From positions 248,001 to 312,000 of the IMG/VR virus record IMGVR_UViG_3300032236_002285: a DNA stretch of 64,000 nucleotides; one strand, written 5' to 3'. Under the pieces are notes generated by a model. That model searched no databases, was not told where the DNA came from, and saw only the letters and a program-made list of their open reading frames with translations. The position numbers and the translations under genes were made by a program. How positions within the stretch are numbered: the first letter of the stretch is position 1; each line of letters opens with the position of its first letter. Below, piece after piece: positions 34,457 through 46,217 of the stretch.

Positions 34457-34605
34457 GAGTTTTCGTAGTGGTTAACTCTTAATTCCTCCAACTGAGGGGT
34501 CTGTTTTTACAGGGTGGGTACTAAACCCCACGCAAAGTTTTCGTAGTGGTTAACTTACCTCTGAACAGAGGGGTCTGTTTTTACAGGGTGGATACCTAAC
34601 TCCAC
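34457..34605 (+). ncRNA. tandem pair of ~73-nt four-hairpin structured RNA repeats
   Basis: Copies 34457-34531 and 34535-34605; invariant TTCGTAGTGGTT loop and GAGGGGTCTGTTTTTACAGGGTGG core; compensatory stem changes. Confidence 0.65.
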
Positions 34606-34620
34606 ACTAAAATTAATTCT

Positions 34621-34731
34621 ATGAATGACACGGAAATGTATGCTTTAATAGCAACTCCTGTTATATTGTTTGGTTCAATAGCAATCGCAGTGTATAAGGA
34701 AAAGAGAGCCAAGAGAAAGAAAGGCGTTTAA
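34621..34731 (+). CDS. small single-pass membrane peptide (36 aa)
   Basis: MNDTEMYALIATPVILFGSIAIAVYKEKRAKRKKGV, followed by terminator at 34730-34757. Confidence 0.55.
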   Translation: MNDTEMYALIATPVILFGSIAIAVYKEKRAKRKKGV

Positions 34732-34791
34732 TCCCATCTAAGATGGGATTTTTTTTGTAAAACTTTTTAATAATTTTTAATATTAACATTA

Positions 34792-35241
34792 ATGGATTTA
34801 CTAACATCAGAAATAGATATTTTACTTCTTATATTACCTAGAATTTTAGTAGCCACAATATGTGGATTTCTTGTAGGTTGGGATAGAGAAAAGAAAAAGA
34901 AAGTAGCCGGTTTAAGAACAATGGTTCTTATTAGCGTTGGTACTTGTATATTTGTTTTATCAGCTCTTGTTTGTTCAAAAATGTATAATATATCAGACCC
35001 ATCCAGAATTATATCAACTATTATAACTGGTATAGGATTTTTAGGTGCTGGTGTTATTATGAAACATGATGATAAAATTGTTGGTGTAACAACCGCTTCT
35101 TTTATATGGGTAATCGCGGGTATAGGTATTATGGCTGGTCTTGGAATAATTATTATGCCAATTGTTTTGACTTTTGGACTTTTATTCATATCTTCGTATT
35201 TCGAAAAATTAGAAAAGTACATACAAAGAAAAAATCAATAG
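34792..35241 (+). CDS. MgtC/SapB family membrane protein
   Basis: GFLVGWDRE..AGLRTMVLISVG..DPSRIISTIITGIGFLGAGVI..GVTTAS. Confidence 0.9.
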   Translation: MDLLTSEIDILLLILPRILVATICGFLVGWDREKKKKVAGLRTMVLISVGTCIFVLSALVCSKMYNISDPSRIISTIITGIGFLGAGVIMKHDDKIVGVTTASFIWVIAGIGIMAGLGIIIMPIVLTFGLLFISSYFEKLEKYIQRKNQ

Positions 35242-35730
35242 ATGAAATTAGAAATCGAACGCAAATTTCTATTGAAGGCTATGCCTGATATAGATCCTAC
35301 CGAGGTTGTTAAAATTGACCAATACTATTTTAAAAATTCAAAAGGTGTTTGGGAACGAGCTCGATCATGGGAGTCTAATAAGAATGGTAAAAAATATATT
35401 CACACGGTTAAAAAAAGCATTTCTAAAGGTGTAAACCTTGAAGATGAAAAAGCATTAACTGATGTTGAGTTTGTTGATTTTAAAAATAAGTGTTTATCAA
35501 AAACACTTGAGTCTAAATTCATTTCCAAAGAAAGATGGATTTATCCAGATGGTAAACTTTATTGGGAAGTTGATATTTTTAATAGTGGTCACCATTTAAT
35601 TGTAGCAGAGATTGAAATACCTACAAAAAGCTATAAATTGACTATTCCGGATTTTATTAAAGATAAAATGCTGTTAGAAGTAACAGGATTAAAACAATTC
35701 AGTAATAGAAACCTTTCTAATAAAATCTAA
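35242..35730 (+). CDS. CYTH-domain (triphosphate tunnel metalloenzyme) protein
   Basis: LEIERKFL, KERWIY, WEVDIF, VAEIE. Confidence 0.85.
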   Translation: MKLEIERKFLLKAMPDIDPTEVVKIDQYYFKNSKGVWERARSWESNKNGKKYIHTVKKSISKGVNLEDEKALTDVEFVDFKNKCLSKTLESKFISKERWIYPDGKLYWEVDIFNSGHHLIVAEIEIPTKSYKLTIPDFIKDKMLLEVTGLKQFSNRNLSNKI

Positions 35731-35740
35731 TATAAAAAAC

Positions 35741-36274
35741 ATGAGTAATAAATTAGAATTAAGAATGTATGGTCTTGTACCATATAATATTTCACCAATT
35801 CAACAAGCTATCCAATTTGGACACGCTGTTGTTGAGTATGGTCAAAAAATGAAATACTTAGGTGAACATAAGCAGTCACTGAATACTCAGTACAATGATT
35901 GGGCTGATAACTGGAAAACATTTATCATCTTAAATGGTGGTACGACAAATCATAAAACTTCCTTAGAAAATGGATTACCATTTGGTAGTCTGAATAACCA
36001 CTTACTTACTTTATCTGAAAATGATGTTGAGCTTGCTCATTTTAGTGAGCCAGATTTGGGTGACCAATTAACTGCGGTTGTTTTCATTGTTGATGAAAGA
36101 GTATTTAATAAAAAGAAATATCCGGATTTTGGATTTGACTATGATGAAATAAATGAATGCTTTGTTAGAAATACTAATTTTGGTCTAAAGCCAGACTCTG
36201 CTTGGAAAGAAAGTATAGGTGGTGCTAAAAATGTCTTCCTAAGAGACTTTTTGAAAAACTTTAGATTAGCTTAA
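35741..36274 (+). CDS. peptidyl-tRNA hydrolase 2 (PTH2)-like protein
   Basis: AIQFGHAV, KTFIILNGG, FSEPDLGDQLTAV. Confidence 0.6.
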   Translation: MSNKLELRMYGLVPYNISPIQQAIQFGHAVVEYGQKMKYLGEHKQSLNTQYNDWADNWKTFIILNGGTTNHKTSLENGLPFGSLNNHLLTLSENDVELAHFSEPDLGDQLTAVVFIVDERVFNKKKYPDFGFDYDEINECFVRNTNFGLKPDSAWKESIGGAKNVFLRDFLKNFRLA

Positions 36275-36276
36275 CT

Positions 36277-36624
36277 ATGGCTGAAAGTTGGATAAAGATT
36301 AATGATGAAATATTTTACACTAAAGATATATCAATTCAATTAAGTATTGGATCACATGCTTCTTTATCATTGACATTTGATATTAATAAATATCCAAGCT
36401 ATTCAAATATATTTTTTACTAAATATGATGGTCGTGAAAAATTTAATATTGTAGGTAAAGATTTTGAAGCAAAAGGAACTATAATTAAAACAATTGATAT
36501 TGATAAAAGTACAATGATTGTATCTGTTAGATGTGATTTGCTTAATCATAAAGATATTTCAGAAAGAAGAGAAGAAATTCTTGATAAAGTACTAAACAAC
36601 CCTGAAAATAATAATATAAAATAA
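36277..36624 (+). CDS. hypothetical protein with RREEILDKVL motif
   Basis: Operon position; shared C-terminal motif. Confidence 0.55.
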   Translation: MAESWIKINDEIFYTKDISIQLSIGSHASLSLTFDINKYPSYSNIFFTKYDGREKFNIVGKDFEAKGTIIKTIDIDKSTMIVSVRCDLLNHKDISERREEILDKVLNNPENNNIK

Positions 36625-36642
36625 ACAAGTAAAATTTAAAAT

Positions 36643-38775
<2,133 letters not shown>

Positions 38776-38800
38776 ACTTCCTTCTGTTCATATCAAAGAT

Positions 38801-38832
38801 AAGAGAGAGTTGAAAAACTCTCTCTTTTTATT
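38801..38832 (+). terminator. intrinsic terminator
   Basis: AAGAGAGAGT-tgaaaa-ACTCTCTCTT plus T-run. Confidence 0.75.
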
Positions 38833-38866
38833 TTAAACAATTATTATAATAATCAGTATAAACAAT

Positions 38867-39451
38867 ATGGTACTTTACATTTTTATAACACATCAGAAAA
38901 ACATAAATAACTGCTATAATAGAATCTTTAATATGATGAAGGATGATTTTATAGTCGTTCAGGGTGGATTTGCTAAAGATGAATATGATGAGGACAAAAA
39001 AATACTGAAATTGAATTGTAATGATTTATATGTAGGTCTGCCGGAAAAAGTTATGAAAACATTTCATTATTTAATTAGTGATGATAGATTTAGTAAATAT
39101 ACACACTTTTGTAAATTGGATGATGATATGATAGTTACTAAAAGATTTGAAAATTTAACTGATGATTATTTAGGTAATGTTTCTTATCAAGAGGGTAATA
39201 GAAATTGGCACATTGGTAGATGTGGTAATTTTTGGGATAAGATTCCATATTTAGGTAAATTTGTACCTTGGTGTATGGGTGGGTTTGGTTATGTTGTTTC
39301 AAGAAAAGCTTTGCAAAAAGTATTACCAAATTTTAACTATTTAGATCATATTTATGAAGATCTATACATGGGTATTATTTTAAATAATTCAGGCATACTA
39401 CCTAAAATGATAAATACAAAAGAATATCTGATAAGCCCAGACCATAAATAA
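38867..39451 (+). CDS. glycosyltransferase, GT31 (galactosyltransferase/Fringe)-like
   Basis: GLPEKV, CKLDDD (DxD), WCMGGFGYVVS, YEDLYMG. Confidence 0.7.
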   Translation: MVLYIFITHQKNINNCYNRIFNMMKDDFIVVQGGFAKDEYDEDKKILKLNCNDLYVGLPEKVMKTFHYLISDDRFSKYTHFCKLDDDMIVTKRFENLTDDYLGNVSYQEGNRNWHIGRCGNFWDKIPYLGKFVPWCMGGFGYVVSRKALQKVLPNFNYLDHIYEDLYMGIILNNSGILPKMINTKEYLISPDHK

Positions 39452-39462
39452 GTAAAATAGTA

Positions 39463-40485
39463 ATGATTAAAATTTATACCTATGCTCATAAAAGACCAGA
39501 TTTTATCGCAATTCAATTTGACTCTATTTCTAAATACCTTAAAGACGACTATGAATATGTTGTTTTTAACAACGCTATAGATGATGAAAATTTAAGTTCT
39601 CAAATAGAAAAAGAATGTCAAAAGATTAATATAAAATGTATAAAAGTACAGCTACAAGAAGATATTAATAATCAAAATTTTATTGATGGTTCTGAGATAC
39701 AATTTATAAATAACAATGGTAATTACAAATACGCTAATCCAAATGTTGCTTGTTCTTACCCTCTTATTTGGTCTTTTAAAAATATTATATCTAAAGATGA
39801 TAATGAAAATATAATTGTTATCATTGATTCTGATATGTTTTTTAGTAGAGATATCTCTATTAAAGATTTAATGACCGGTTATGATATAGCCTTTATTCCT
39901 CAATATAGAAATAATGATGTTCACTATATGTGGAATGGGTTTGTTATTATAGATGGTAGTAAAAATAATTTAAATGAAATAAACTGGTTTTGTGGAAGAG
40001 TTAATGGCCAACCTGTTGATGTTGGTGGACAAACTCATTTTTATCTTAAAAATAATCCTCAATTAAAAATAATGTATTTAGAGTTTTGGAATCTAAATGA
40101 ATTTAATAATGATGAATATAGATCACATCTAAATGGTAATATGTGCGTTCTTTTTTCTTTGAAAGACAATGAAGTTGTAGATTTTACTCCAATAGATAGT
40201 AGGTTTACTGATAATAATAAATTATTTGATTACGAAATAGATAAAGATAGTTTTGATGAGTATATAAAATACTATACAGATAATATTAAATATATTAAAA
40301 ACTCTGTAGAATCATTTAACTTTCCAAAACCAGAGCATATAGATTTTATAAAATGTTATAATAAAAAAATAGAAGACTCTTTTATTTTTCATTACAAGAG
40401 TGGTAGTAACTATCTAAACTTCCAAGATAATAATTATAATAAGTTAAAGACTAATGCTCTTAAAAAATTAATTGAATCACTATGA
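39463..40485 (+). CDS. putative GT-A fold glycosyltransferase
   Basis: YVVFNNA, IIDSDMFF (DxD), HYMWNG, DVGGQ. Confidence 0.6.
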   Translation: MIKIYTYAHKRPDFIAIQFDSISKYLKDDYEYVVFNNAIDDENLSSQIEKECQKINIKCIKVQLQEDINNQNFIDGSEIQFINNNGNYKYANPNVACSYPLIWSFKNIISKDDNENIIVIIDSDMFFSRDISIKDLMTGYDIAFIPQYRNNDVHYMWNGFVIIDGSKNNLNEINWFCGRVNGQPVDVGGQTHFYLKNNPQLKIMYLEFWNLNEFNNDEYRSHLNGNMCVLFSLKDNEVVDFTPIDSRFTDNNKLFDYEIDKDSFDEYIKYYTDNIKYIKNSVESFNFPKPEHIDFIKCYNKKIEDSFIFHYKSGSNYLNFQDNNYNKLKTNALKKLIESL

Positions 40486-41186
40486 TATTTTTTTCAATTG
40501 CCATACCCACTTATGAAATGAAAGGTAAAGGTGTTGAGTATTTAAGACAAAGCTTTCAAATATTAAAAAATCAAACATTTAAGGATTTTGAAATTGTTAT
40601 ATCCGACCATAGTAAAAATGATGATATAAAAAACTTATGTGAAGAGTGGAAAGATACTTTAGATATTAAATACTTCCAAAATACAAAAGATATAGGTAGC
40701 TCTTCATCAAATATAAACAATGCTATTATTAATTCTAAAGGTGAATGGGTTAAAATATTATTTCAAGATGACTTTTTATATAATGATCAATCATTAGAAA
40801 ACACTCATAAAGTAATTATTGAAAATTCTGATAAAAAATGGTTTGCTTCATCATGTGAACACAGCAATGATGGTAATACTTTTTATCGACCACTTTATCC
40901 AAAATGGGATGATAGAATGTTATATGGTTTTAATAGCATTAGCTCACCTAGTGTTATAACTATTAAAAATGATAGCACAAGATTATTTTTTGATAAAGAT
41001 TATATATGGTTAATGGATTGTGACTATTATCAAAGATACTTTAATAAGTTTGGTCTACCAACTATTATACCCGATATAACCGTGGTTAATAGAACATGGG
41101 GTGACCAGTTAACAAATACTATTCCTGATTCTGTTAAAAAGAATGAACATTATCAGATATTAAAAAAACATAGAATTATATGGTAA
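40482..41186 (+). CDS. glycosyltransferase family 2
   Basis: SIAIPTY, IVISDHS, ILFQDDF, WLMDCD. Confidence 0.85.
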   Translation: MIFFSIAIPTYEMKGKGVEYLRQSFQILKNQTFKDFEIVISDHSKNDDIKNLCEEWKDTLDIKYFQNTKDIGSSSSNINNAIINSKGEWVKILFQDDFLYNDQSLENTHKVIIENSDKKWFASSCEHSNDGNTFYRPLYPKWDDRMLYGFNSISSPSVITIKNDSTRLFFDKDYIWLMDCDYYQRYFNKFGLPTIIPDITVVNRTWGDQLTNTIPDSVKKNEHYQILKKHRIIW

Positions 41187-41836
41187 ATAAAATTAATTTA
41201 AATAACGTAACAATAGTCTCTGTTGCTTGTGTTAGACCATTAGAAACATTAAAGGCTATTAAATATTCAATGAATGGAATTGAGTTTAATAAAGCAATGT
41301 TATTAACAAATCATAATATAACAGACAATGAAGTTGAAATAGTTAATATTAATAATCTAGATTATGAAGGCTACAATCGGTTCATTGTTTATGATTTACA
41401 CAAATATATTGAAACAGAATTTGCTTTAATTGTTCAAGATGATGGATATGTTATCAACCCTAATATGTGGCAAGATGATTTTTTAAAATACGATTACATA
41501 GGTGCTCCTTGGGGGTTGCCTAGTGATAATTTTAGTTTTAGAGATCCATTTGGTAATTTAATTAGAGTTGGTAATGGTGGTTTTTCTTTAAGAAGTAAAA
41601 AGATATTATCACTTCCTACTCAACTAGGATTAGAATGGAAAAGCTATTTTGGTTTTTATAACGAAGATGGGTTTTTTACTTGTCACAATAGACATCATTT
41701 TGAAAAAGAAGGTTGTGTATTTGCTCCAATTGATGTTGCTAAGTATTTCTCACATGAAGCAGAGATACCAGAAACAATAGGTATCCAACCATTTGGATTT
41801 CATGGTAAATGGTCAAAATATTTAAGAATGTTATAA
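41180..41836 (+). CDS. DUF5672-family putative glycosyltransferase
   Basis: LIVQDDG, YDYIGAPW, VGNGGFSLRS, NED, FSHE, PFGFH. Confidence 0.8.
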   Translation: MVNKINLNNVTIVSVACVRPLETLKAIKYSMNGIEFNKAMLLTNHNITDNEVEIVNINNLDYEGYNRFIVYDLHKYIETEFALIVQDDGYVINPNMWQDDFLKYDYIGAPWGLPSDNFSFRDPFGNLIRVGNGGFSLRSKKILSLPTQLGLEWKSYFGFYNEDGFFTCHNRHHFEKEGCVFAPIDVAKYFSHEAEIPETIGIQPFGFHGKWSKYLRML

Positions 41837-41838
41837 AT

Positions 41839-42768
41839 ATGTTAACAGCAACAATGACAGGTAATTTAGGCAACCATATGTGGAATTATGTTCTATGTAG
41901 AGTTGTCGCTGAGAAATTAGGATATGAATGGGGTGTTAATCCTGTTCCAACACATGATTATCATAATGGTTCAAACCAAATGTACTTCATGAATGTTGAT
42001 TTTGGTAAAGAAGTAGAGGTTATTGGTAAAAACGAAAGAGGTCTTAATGTTTATAAAAACATACCTAATGAGTATTATGATAGTCCAAAAAAATATAATT
42101 ACATCGGTAATGAGTGTTGGATAAATCTTTATGATTCTAATGTATTTAATGTACAAGATAATACAATGATTCATTTAATATCACAATCAGAAGATTATTT
42201 AATAGATAGAAAAAGTGAAATACAATCTTGGTTTAATATTAAAGATGAATATAAAAACGAATATAATAATAGACTACTCGAATCTGGTATAAATTTAGAT
42301 GATAATTTATGTGTTATAAATTTCAGAGGTGGTGAGTTTTTATCAGTTCATAATTTAGTTCCTAGACCTGAGTATTGGAGAGATTGTATCAATCATATGA
42401 AATCTATAAATCCAAATATGAACTTTATAATAATAACAGATGATGTTAGATCCGCTACTAGATATATCGGAAATTACCCTTGTTATCATTTTGATATTGG
42501 AATGGATTTTTATATTATAAACCAATCAAAATATTCTATATTGAGTAATTCCAGTTTTGGCTGGTGGGCTTCTTGGTTAAATATTAAATCAAATTTAACA
42601 ATTGGTCCAAAATATTGGGCAAGACATAACATAAGTGATGGTTATTGGTCATTAGGTGACCAGTATGTAAGAGGTTGGTATTATATGGGTAGAGATGGAT
42701 TACTATATGACTATGATGCTTGTAAAAAAGAATCTAATGAATACTATAAAAATAAAAATTTAATATAA
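41839..42768 (+). CDS. alpha-1,2-fucosyltransferase (GT11)-like
   Basis: GNLGNHMW, INFRGGEF, IITDD, SNSSFGWWASWL; start moved to ATG 41839. Confidence 0.8.
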   Translation: MLTATMTGNLGNHMWNYVLCRVVAEKLGYEWGVNPVPTHDYHNGSNQMYFMNVDFGKEVEVIGKNERGLNVYKNIPNEYYDSPKKYNYIGNECWINLYDSNVFNVQDNTMIHLISQSEDYLIDRKSEIQSWFNIKDEYKNEYNNRLLESGINLDDNLCVINFRGGEFLSVHNLVPRPEYWRDCINHMKSINPNMNFIIITDDVRSATRYIGNYPCYHFDIGMDFYIINQSKYSILSNSSFGWWASWLNIKSNLTIGPKYWARHNISDGYWSLGDQYVRGWYYMGRDGLLYDYDACKKESNEYYKNKNLI

Positions 42769-43637
42769 TGAGAAAAATTTATGATTGCTTTCTATTCTTT
42801 AATGAATTGGATTTACTTGAGATGAGATTAAACATTATGGATCCATATGTTGATTATTTTGTAATCACTGAAGCCTCAGTAACACATAGCGGAATACCTA
42901 AACCTTATAACTTTGAGGCAAATAAAGAAATGTTTTCTAAGTTTCTACATAAAATAATTTATATAAAAAACGATGACATTCCAAATGACTTTGTTAATTT
43001 ACCTCAAATTGAAAATCCAGATTCATATGAAGGACAATGTGTTAAAAAAATACATGAACTAATTGAATCTCAAAATGGATTATTCAATAGACAAACTGAA
43101 CCTTATTTTGGTAGAGACTTCTTTCAAAAAGAATCTATTCGTAAAGGCTTAGAAAATTGTCAAGATAATGATATTATAATCTCATCTGACTTAGATGAAA
43201 TACCAAACCCAGAGATATTAAAAAATATAGATGAGTATTTAGATAAGGCAAAGTTTTTCACGTTTGTTCAAAAAACATATTATTACTATTTGAACTTCTT
43301 AAAAGAATCTAATTGGAAAGGATCTAGATTAGCTTTATATAAAGATGTTAAAGACTACTCTTACAACAAATTAAGAGCTCAACAAAATTATGATTTAGAA
43401 AATGGTGGTTGGCATTTTAGTTTTATGGGTGGACCAGAAAGAGTTAGAACAAAGATAGCCTCATACTCACATCAAGATTTAAATAACCAATATGTTATGG
43501 CTAGTGTTGAAAGTAATATTGAAAAAGGTATGGATCCATTTTTTAGAGGTGGTTTAGCAAAAGTAGAAATAGATAATACATATCCAGAATATCTTTTAAA
43601 TAATTTAGATAGATACTCACATATGATTAAAAAATAA
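42768..43637 (+). CDS. glycosyltransferase family 17 (GlcNAc-transferase-like)
   Basis: IYDCFLFFNELDLLEMRL, SDLDEIP, GGWHFSFMG. Confidence 0.85.
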   Translation: MRKIYDCFLFFNELDLLEMRLNIMDPYVDYFVITEASVTHSGIPKPYNFEANKEMFSKFLHKIIYIKNDDIPNDFVNLPQIENPDSYEGQCVKKIHELIESQNGLFNRQTEPYFGRDFFQKESIRKGLENCQDNDIIISSDLDEIPNPEILKNIDEYLDKAKFFTFVQKTYYYYLNFLKESNWKGSRLALYKDVKDYSYNKLRAQQNYDLENGGWHFSFMGGPERVRTKIASYSHQDLNNQYVMASVESNIEKGMDPFFRGGLAKVEIDNTYPEYLLNNLDRYSHMIKK

Positions 43638-43648
43638 AAATATTAAAA

Positions 43649-44167
43649 ATGAATAATTACGACATTTTATCAGAAAACTCCGAGCATCACTGGCCTTTAC
43701 TAAATACTAATAATGAAGTTTTATTAGATTTAGGTTGTGGAAGACACTGGGCATTTGAATTAGAAGATTCAAGTCCTGTTTATTTAGGTAAAGAAGCATT
43801 AAAAGTTATAGCAATAGATGCTTCACCACAAGAAATAGACTATTTTAACTCCGCTGATTTAGATAAAGATAAGTTTACTTTTCTTTGTATGAAGATACAA
43901 TCTAAGCAAGATATACTTAATTTGATTGGTGAGTATAAACCAACCGTTTTAAAATGTGATATTGAAGGATTTGAGACAAATTTTTATGACATAACAAAAG
44001 AAGAAATGTCTAATATAAAAGAAATAGGAATGGAGTACCATAATTATGATATTTTAGATAAAATATCAAATAAGCTTATTGAGTGGGGATTTGATATTCA
44101 CACAAAAGCAAGATTTGCTTTTGTTGATGCTCCTCAAATGGGTGTTTTGTTCTGTAAAAGAAAATAA
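43649..44167 (+). CDS. FkbM-like methyltransferase-fold protein
   Basis: LLDLGCG, VIAIDA, LKCDIEG, MEYH. Confidence 0.6.
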   Translation: MNNYDILSENSEHHWPLLNTNNEVLLDLGCGRHWAFELEDSSPVYLGKEALKVIAIDASPQEIDYFNSADLDKDKFTFLCMKIQSKQDILNLIGEYKPTVLKCDIEGFETNFYDITKEEMSNIKEIGMEYHNYDILDKISNKLIEWGFDIHTKARFAFVDAPQMGVLFCKRK

Positions 44168-44176
44168 AATTAAAAT

Positions 44177-45169
44177 ATGAACATTAAAAGAATTATTATT
44201 TGGGGTCATTGTATAAACGGTAATACTGCCGGTAGCCATAGTTGGATACACAGAGGTTACTATCTGGCATTTAAAAAATTAGGTTATGAAACACATTGGA
44301 TTGACAATTTATCAACAATTGATCAAAATGATTTATCCGGAACTTTATTTTTTACAGAAGGTACTGCATCAGGTACTATGCCTGTAAGAGAGGATTGTTA
44401 TTATGTTTTACATCATATTGATAACAATCCTTTTATTCAAAAAGGTGCTAAGTATGTTAATCTTTGTAACTATTTACATGTTGAGTTAAATGAAGGTAGA
44501 AATTGGAACTACCCTGGTTCATCTATTGAAAAAATAAAAGATTATGTTTACTATGATATTAATAGTAAGGCTATTTATCAACCTTGGGCAACAGACCTTT
44601 TACCGGAACAAATAGAAGAAAATATAGCAAACTTTGATATTAACAAGAAAGAAATAAACTTTGTTGGTAGTGTTTGGTCAGAAAATATCAACGAAATAAT
44701 GCCATTTTTTATGGATTGTTTTAAGCGAGATATTAAGTTAAATATCTATGGTTGGTTTCAATTTCCAAATCTTATGAAATCATATACAAACATTTCTCAT
44801 ATGGCACCTTGTGGAACTAGTGAAGAAGTAGCAATTAATCTTATTAAATCTTCTTTAATATATCCTGATGTTAGAGGTGAGTTACACAGAAGAGTTGGAT
44901 ATATCCCATGTAGAACATTTAAGAATATAAGTTATGGTTGTATACCTTGTACTAATTCTTTGCCAGTTTATGAATTCTTTGATAAGATTTTACCATATTC
45001 TGAAAATACAGGTGAGTTTATTCAAAAGTCGATAGACTATTTAACAAATGATAAAAATAAAGAAAAATCAATTTATCTAATGAATAAGGTTAAAGAACAT
45101 CACACCTATATTAACAGAGCATTGGATTTATTAGATTTTATAAAAGTTATCTATAATAATGGAGAATAA
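44177..45169 (+). CDS. putative GT-B glycosyltransferase (CgeB-like C-terminus)
   Basis: FVGSVW, YIPCRTFKNISYG, HTYINRA. Confidence 0.6.
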   Translation: MNIKRIIIWGHCINGNTAGSHSWIHRGYYLAFKKLGYETHWIDNLSTIDQNDLSGTLFFTEGTASGTMPVREDCYYVLHHIDNNPFIQKGAKYVNLCNYLHVELNEGRNWNYPGSSIEKIKDYVYYDINSKAIYQPWATDLLPEQIEENIANFDINKKEINFVGSVWSENINEIMPFFMDCFKRDIKLNIYGWFQFPNLMKSYTNISHMAPCGTSEEVAINLIKSSLIYPDVRGELHRRVGYIPCRTFKNISYGCIPCTNSLPVYEFFDKILPYSENTGEFIQKSIDYLTNDKNKEKSIYLMNKVKEHHTYINRALDLLDFIKVIYNNGE

Positions 45170-46217
45170 AATAGCAATTATAACAGGTTCAGCTGGGCTT
45201 ATAGGTTCACAAGCATGTGACTTTTTTAGTAAGAAAGGATATAAAATTATTGGCATAGATAACGATATGAGAGCTTATTTCTTTGGTGAAGGTTCTTCTA
45301 CTAAAGACTCATTAAAGTCTCTTAAATCGAAAATAAATGACTATGAACACTATAATATAGATATCAGAGACTATCAAAAACTAAGTGAAGTATTTAGTAA
45401 CTACTCATCTGATATTGATATTGTAATTCACACAGCGGCTCAACCATCACATGACTGGGCGGCTAACGAGCCTTTAACAGATTTTAGTATTAATGCTACT
45501 GGAACAATGAATATGTTAGAAGTAACAAGATTGAATTGTCCTAAAGCTACATTTATCTTTACATCAACTAATAAAGTTTATGGTGATACACCTAATTATT
45601 TAGACTTGATTGAAACAGATACTAGATGGGAATTAATTGATGGTAGTATAAATGAAACCATGTCTATTGATAATACTAAACATTCTGTATTTGGTGCTTC
45701 TAAAGTAGCTGCTGATGTTATGTGTCAAGAATATGGTAAATACTTTGGAATGAATATTGGTATTTTCAGAGGTGGTTGTTTAACTGGACCAAATCATGCC
45801 GGTGCTGAATTACACGGCTTTCTTTCTTATTTAGTTAAGTGTATTGTTAATGATAAACCATATACAATCTTTGGTTACAAAGGCAAACAAGTAAGAGATA
45901 ATATTCACTCTTGGGATTTAGTTAATATGTTCTGGGAATTTCATCAGAATCCAAAACAAGGTGAGGTTTATAATGCTGGTGGTGGTAGAGATAACTCTAC
46001 TTCTATATTAGAAGCGATTGACACAATTAATAAAATTGCGGGAACTAATTGGTCTAATTACACTATATCTGAACAAAATAGAATTGGCGATCATATTTGG
46101 TATATTTCTGATTTAACAAAATTTAGAACTCATTACCCAAATTGGAATATAACTATTGACTTAGAAGAAACCATTAGACAAATGGTTGATTTTGAAAAAA
46201 GTAAATTAAATAAATGA
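45159..46217 (+). CDS. NAD-dependent nucleotide-sugar epimerase (CDP-paratose/tyvelose epimerase-like)
   Basis: ITGSAGLIG, HTAAQPSH, TSTNKVYG, FGASK, GKQVRDN. Confidence 0.85.
   Translation: MENKIAIITGSAGLIGSQACDFFSKKGYKIIGIDNDMRAYFFGEGSSTKDSLKSLKSKINDYEHYNIDIRDYQKLSEVFSNYSSDIDIVIHTAAQPSHDWAANEPLTDFSINATGTMNMLEVTRLNCPKATFIFTSTNKVYGDTPNYLDLIETDTRWELIDGSINETMSIDNTKHSVFGASKVAADVMCQEYGKYFGMNIGIFRGGCLTGPNHAGAELHGFLSYLVKCIVNDKPYTIFGYKGKQVRDNIHSWDLVNMFWEFHQNPKQGEVYNAGGGRDNSTSILEAIDTINKIAGTNWSNYTISEQNRIGDHIWYISDLTKFRTHYPNWNITIDLEETIRQMVDFEKSKLNK

Noticed and set aside
34457-34605. Tandem repeat as a mini-CRISPR array
   Set aside because: Only two units, no unique spacer between them, and variation is internal and compensatory; no cas genes in the window.
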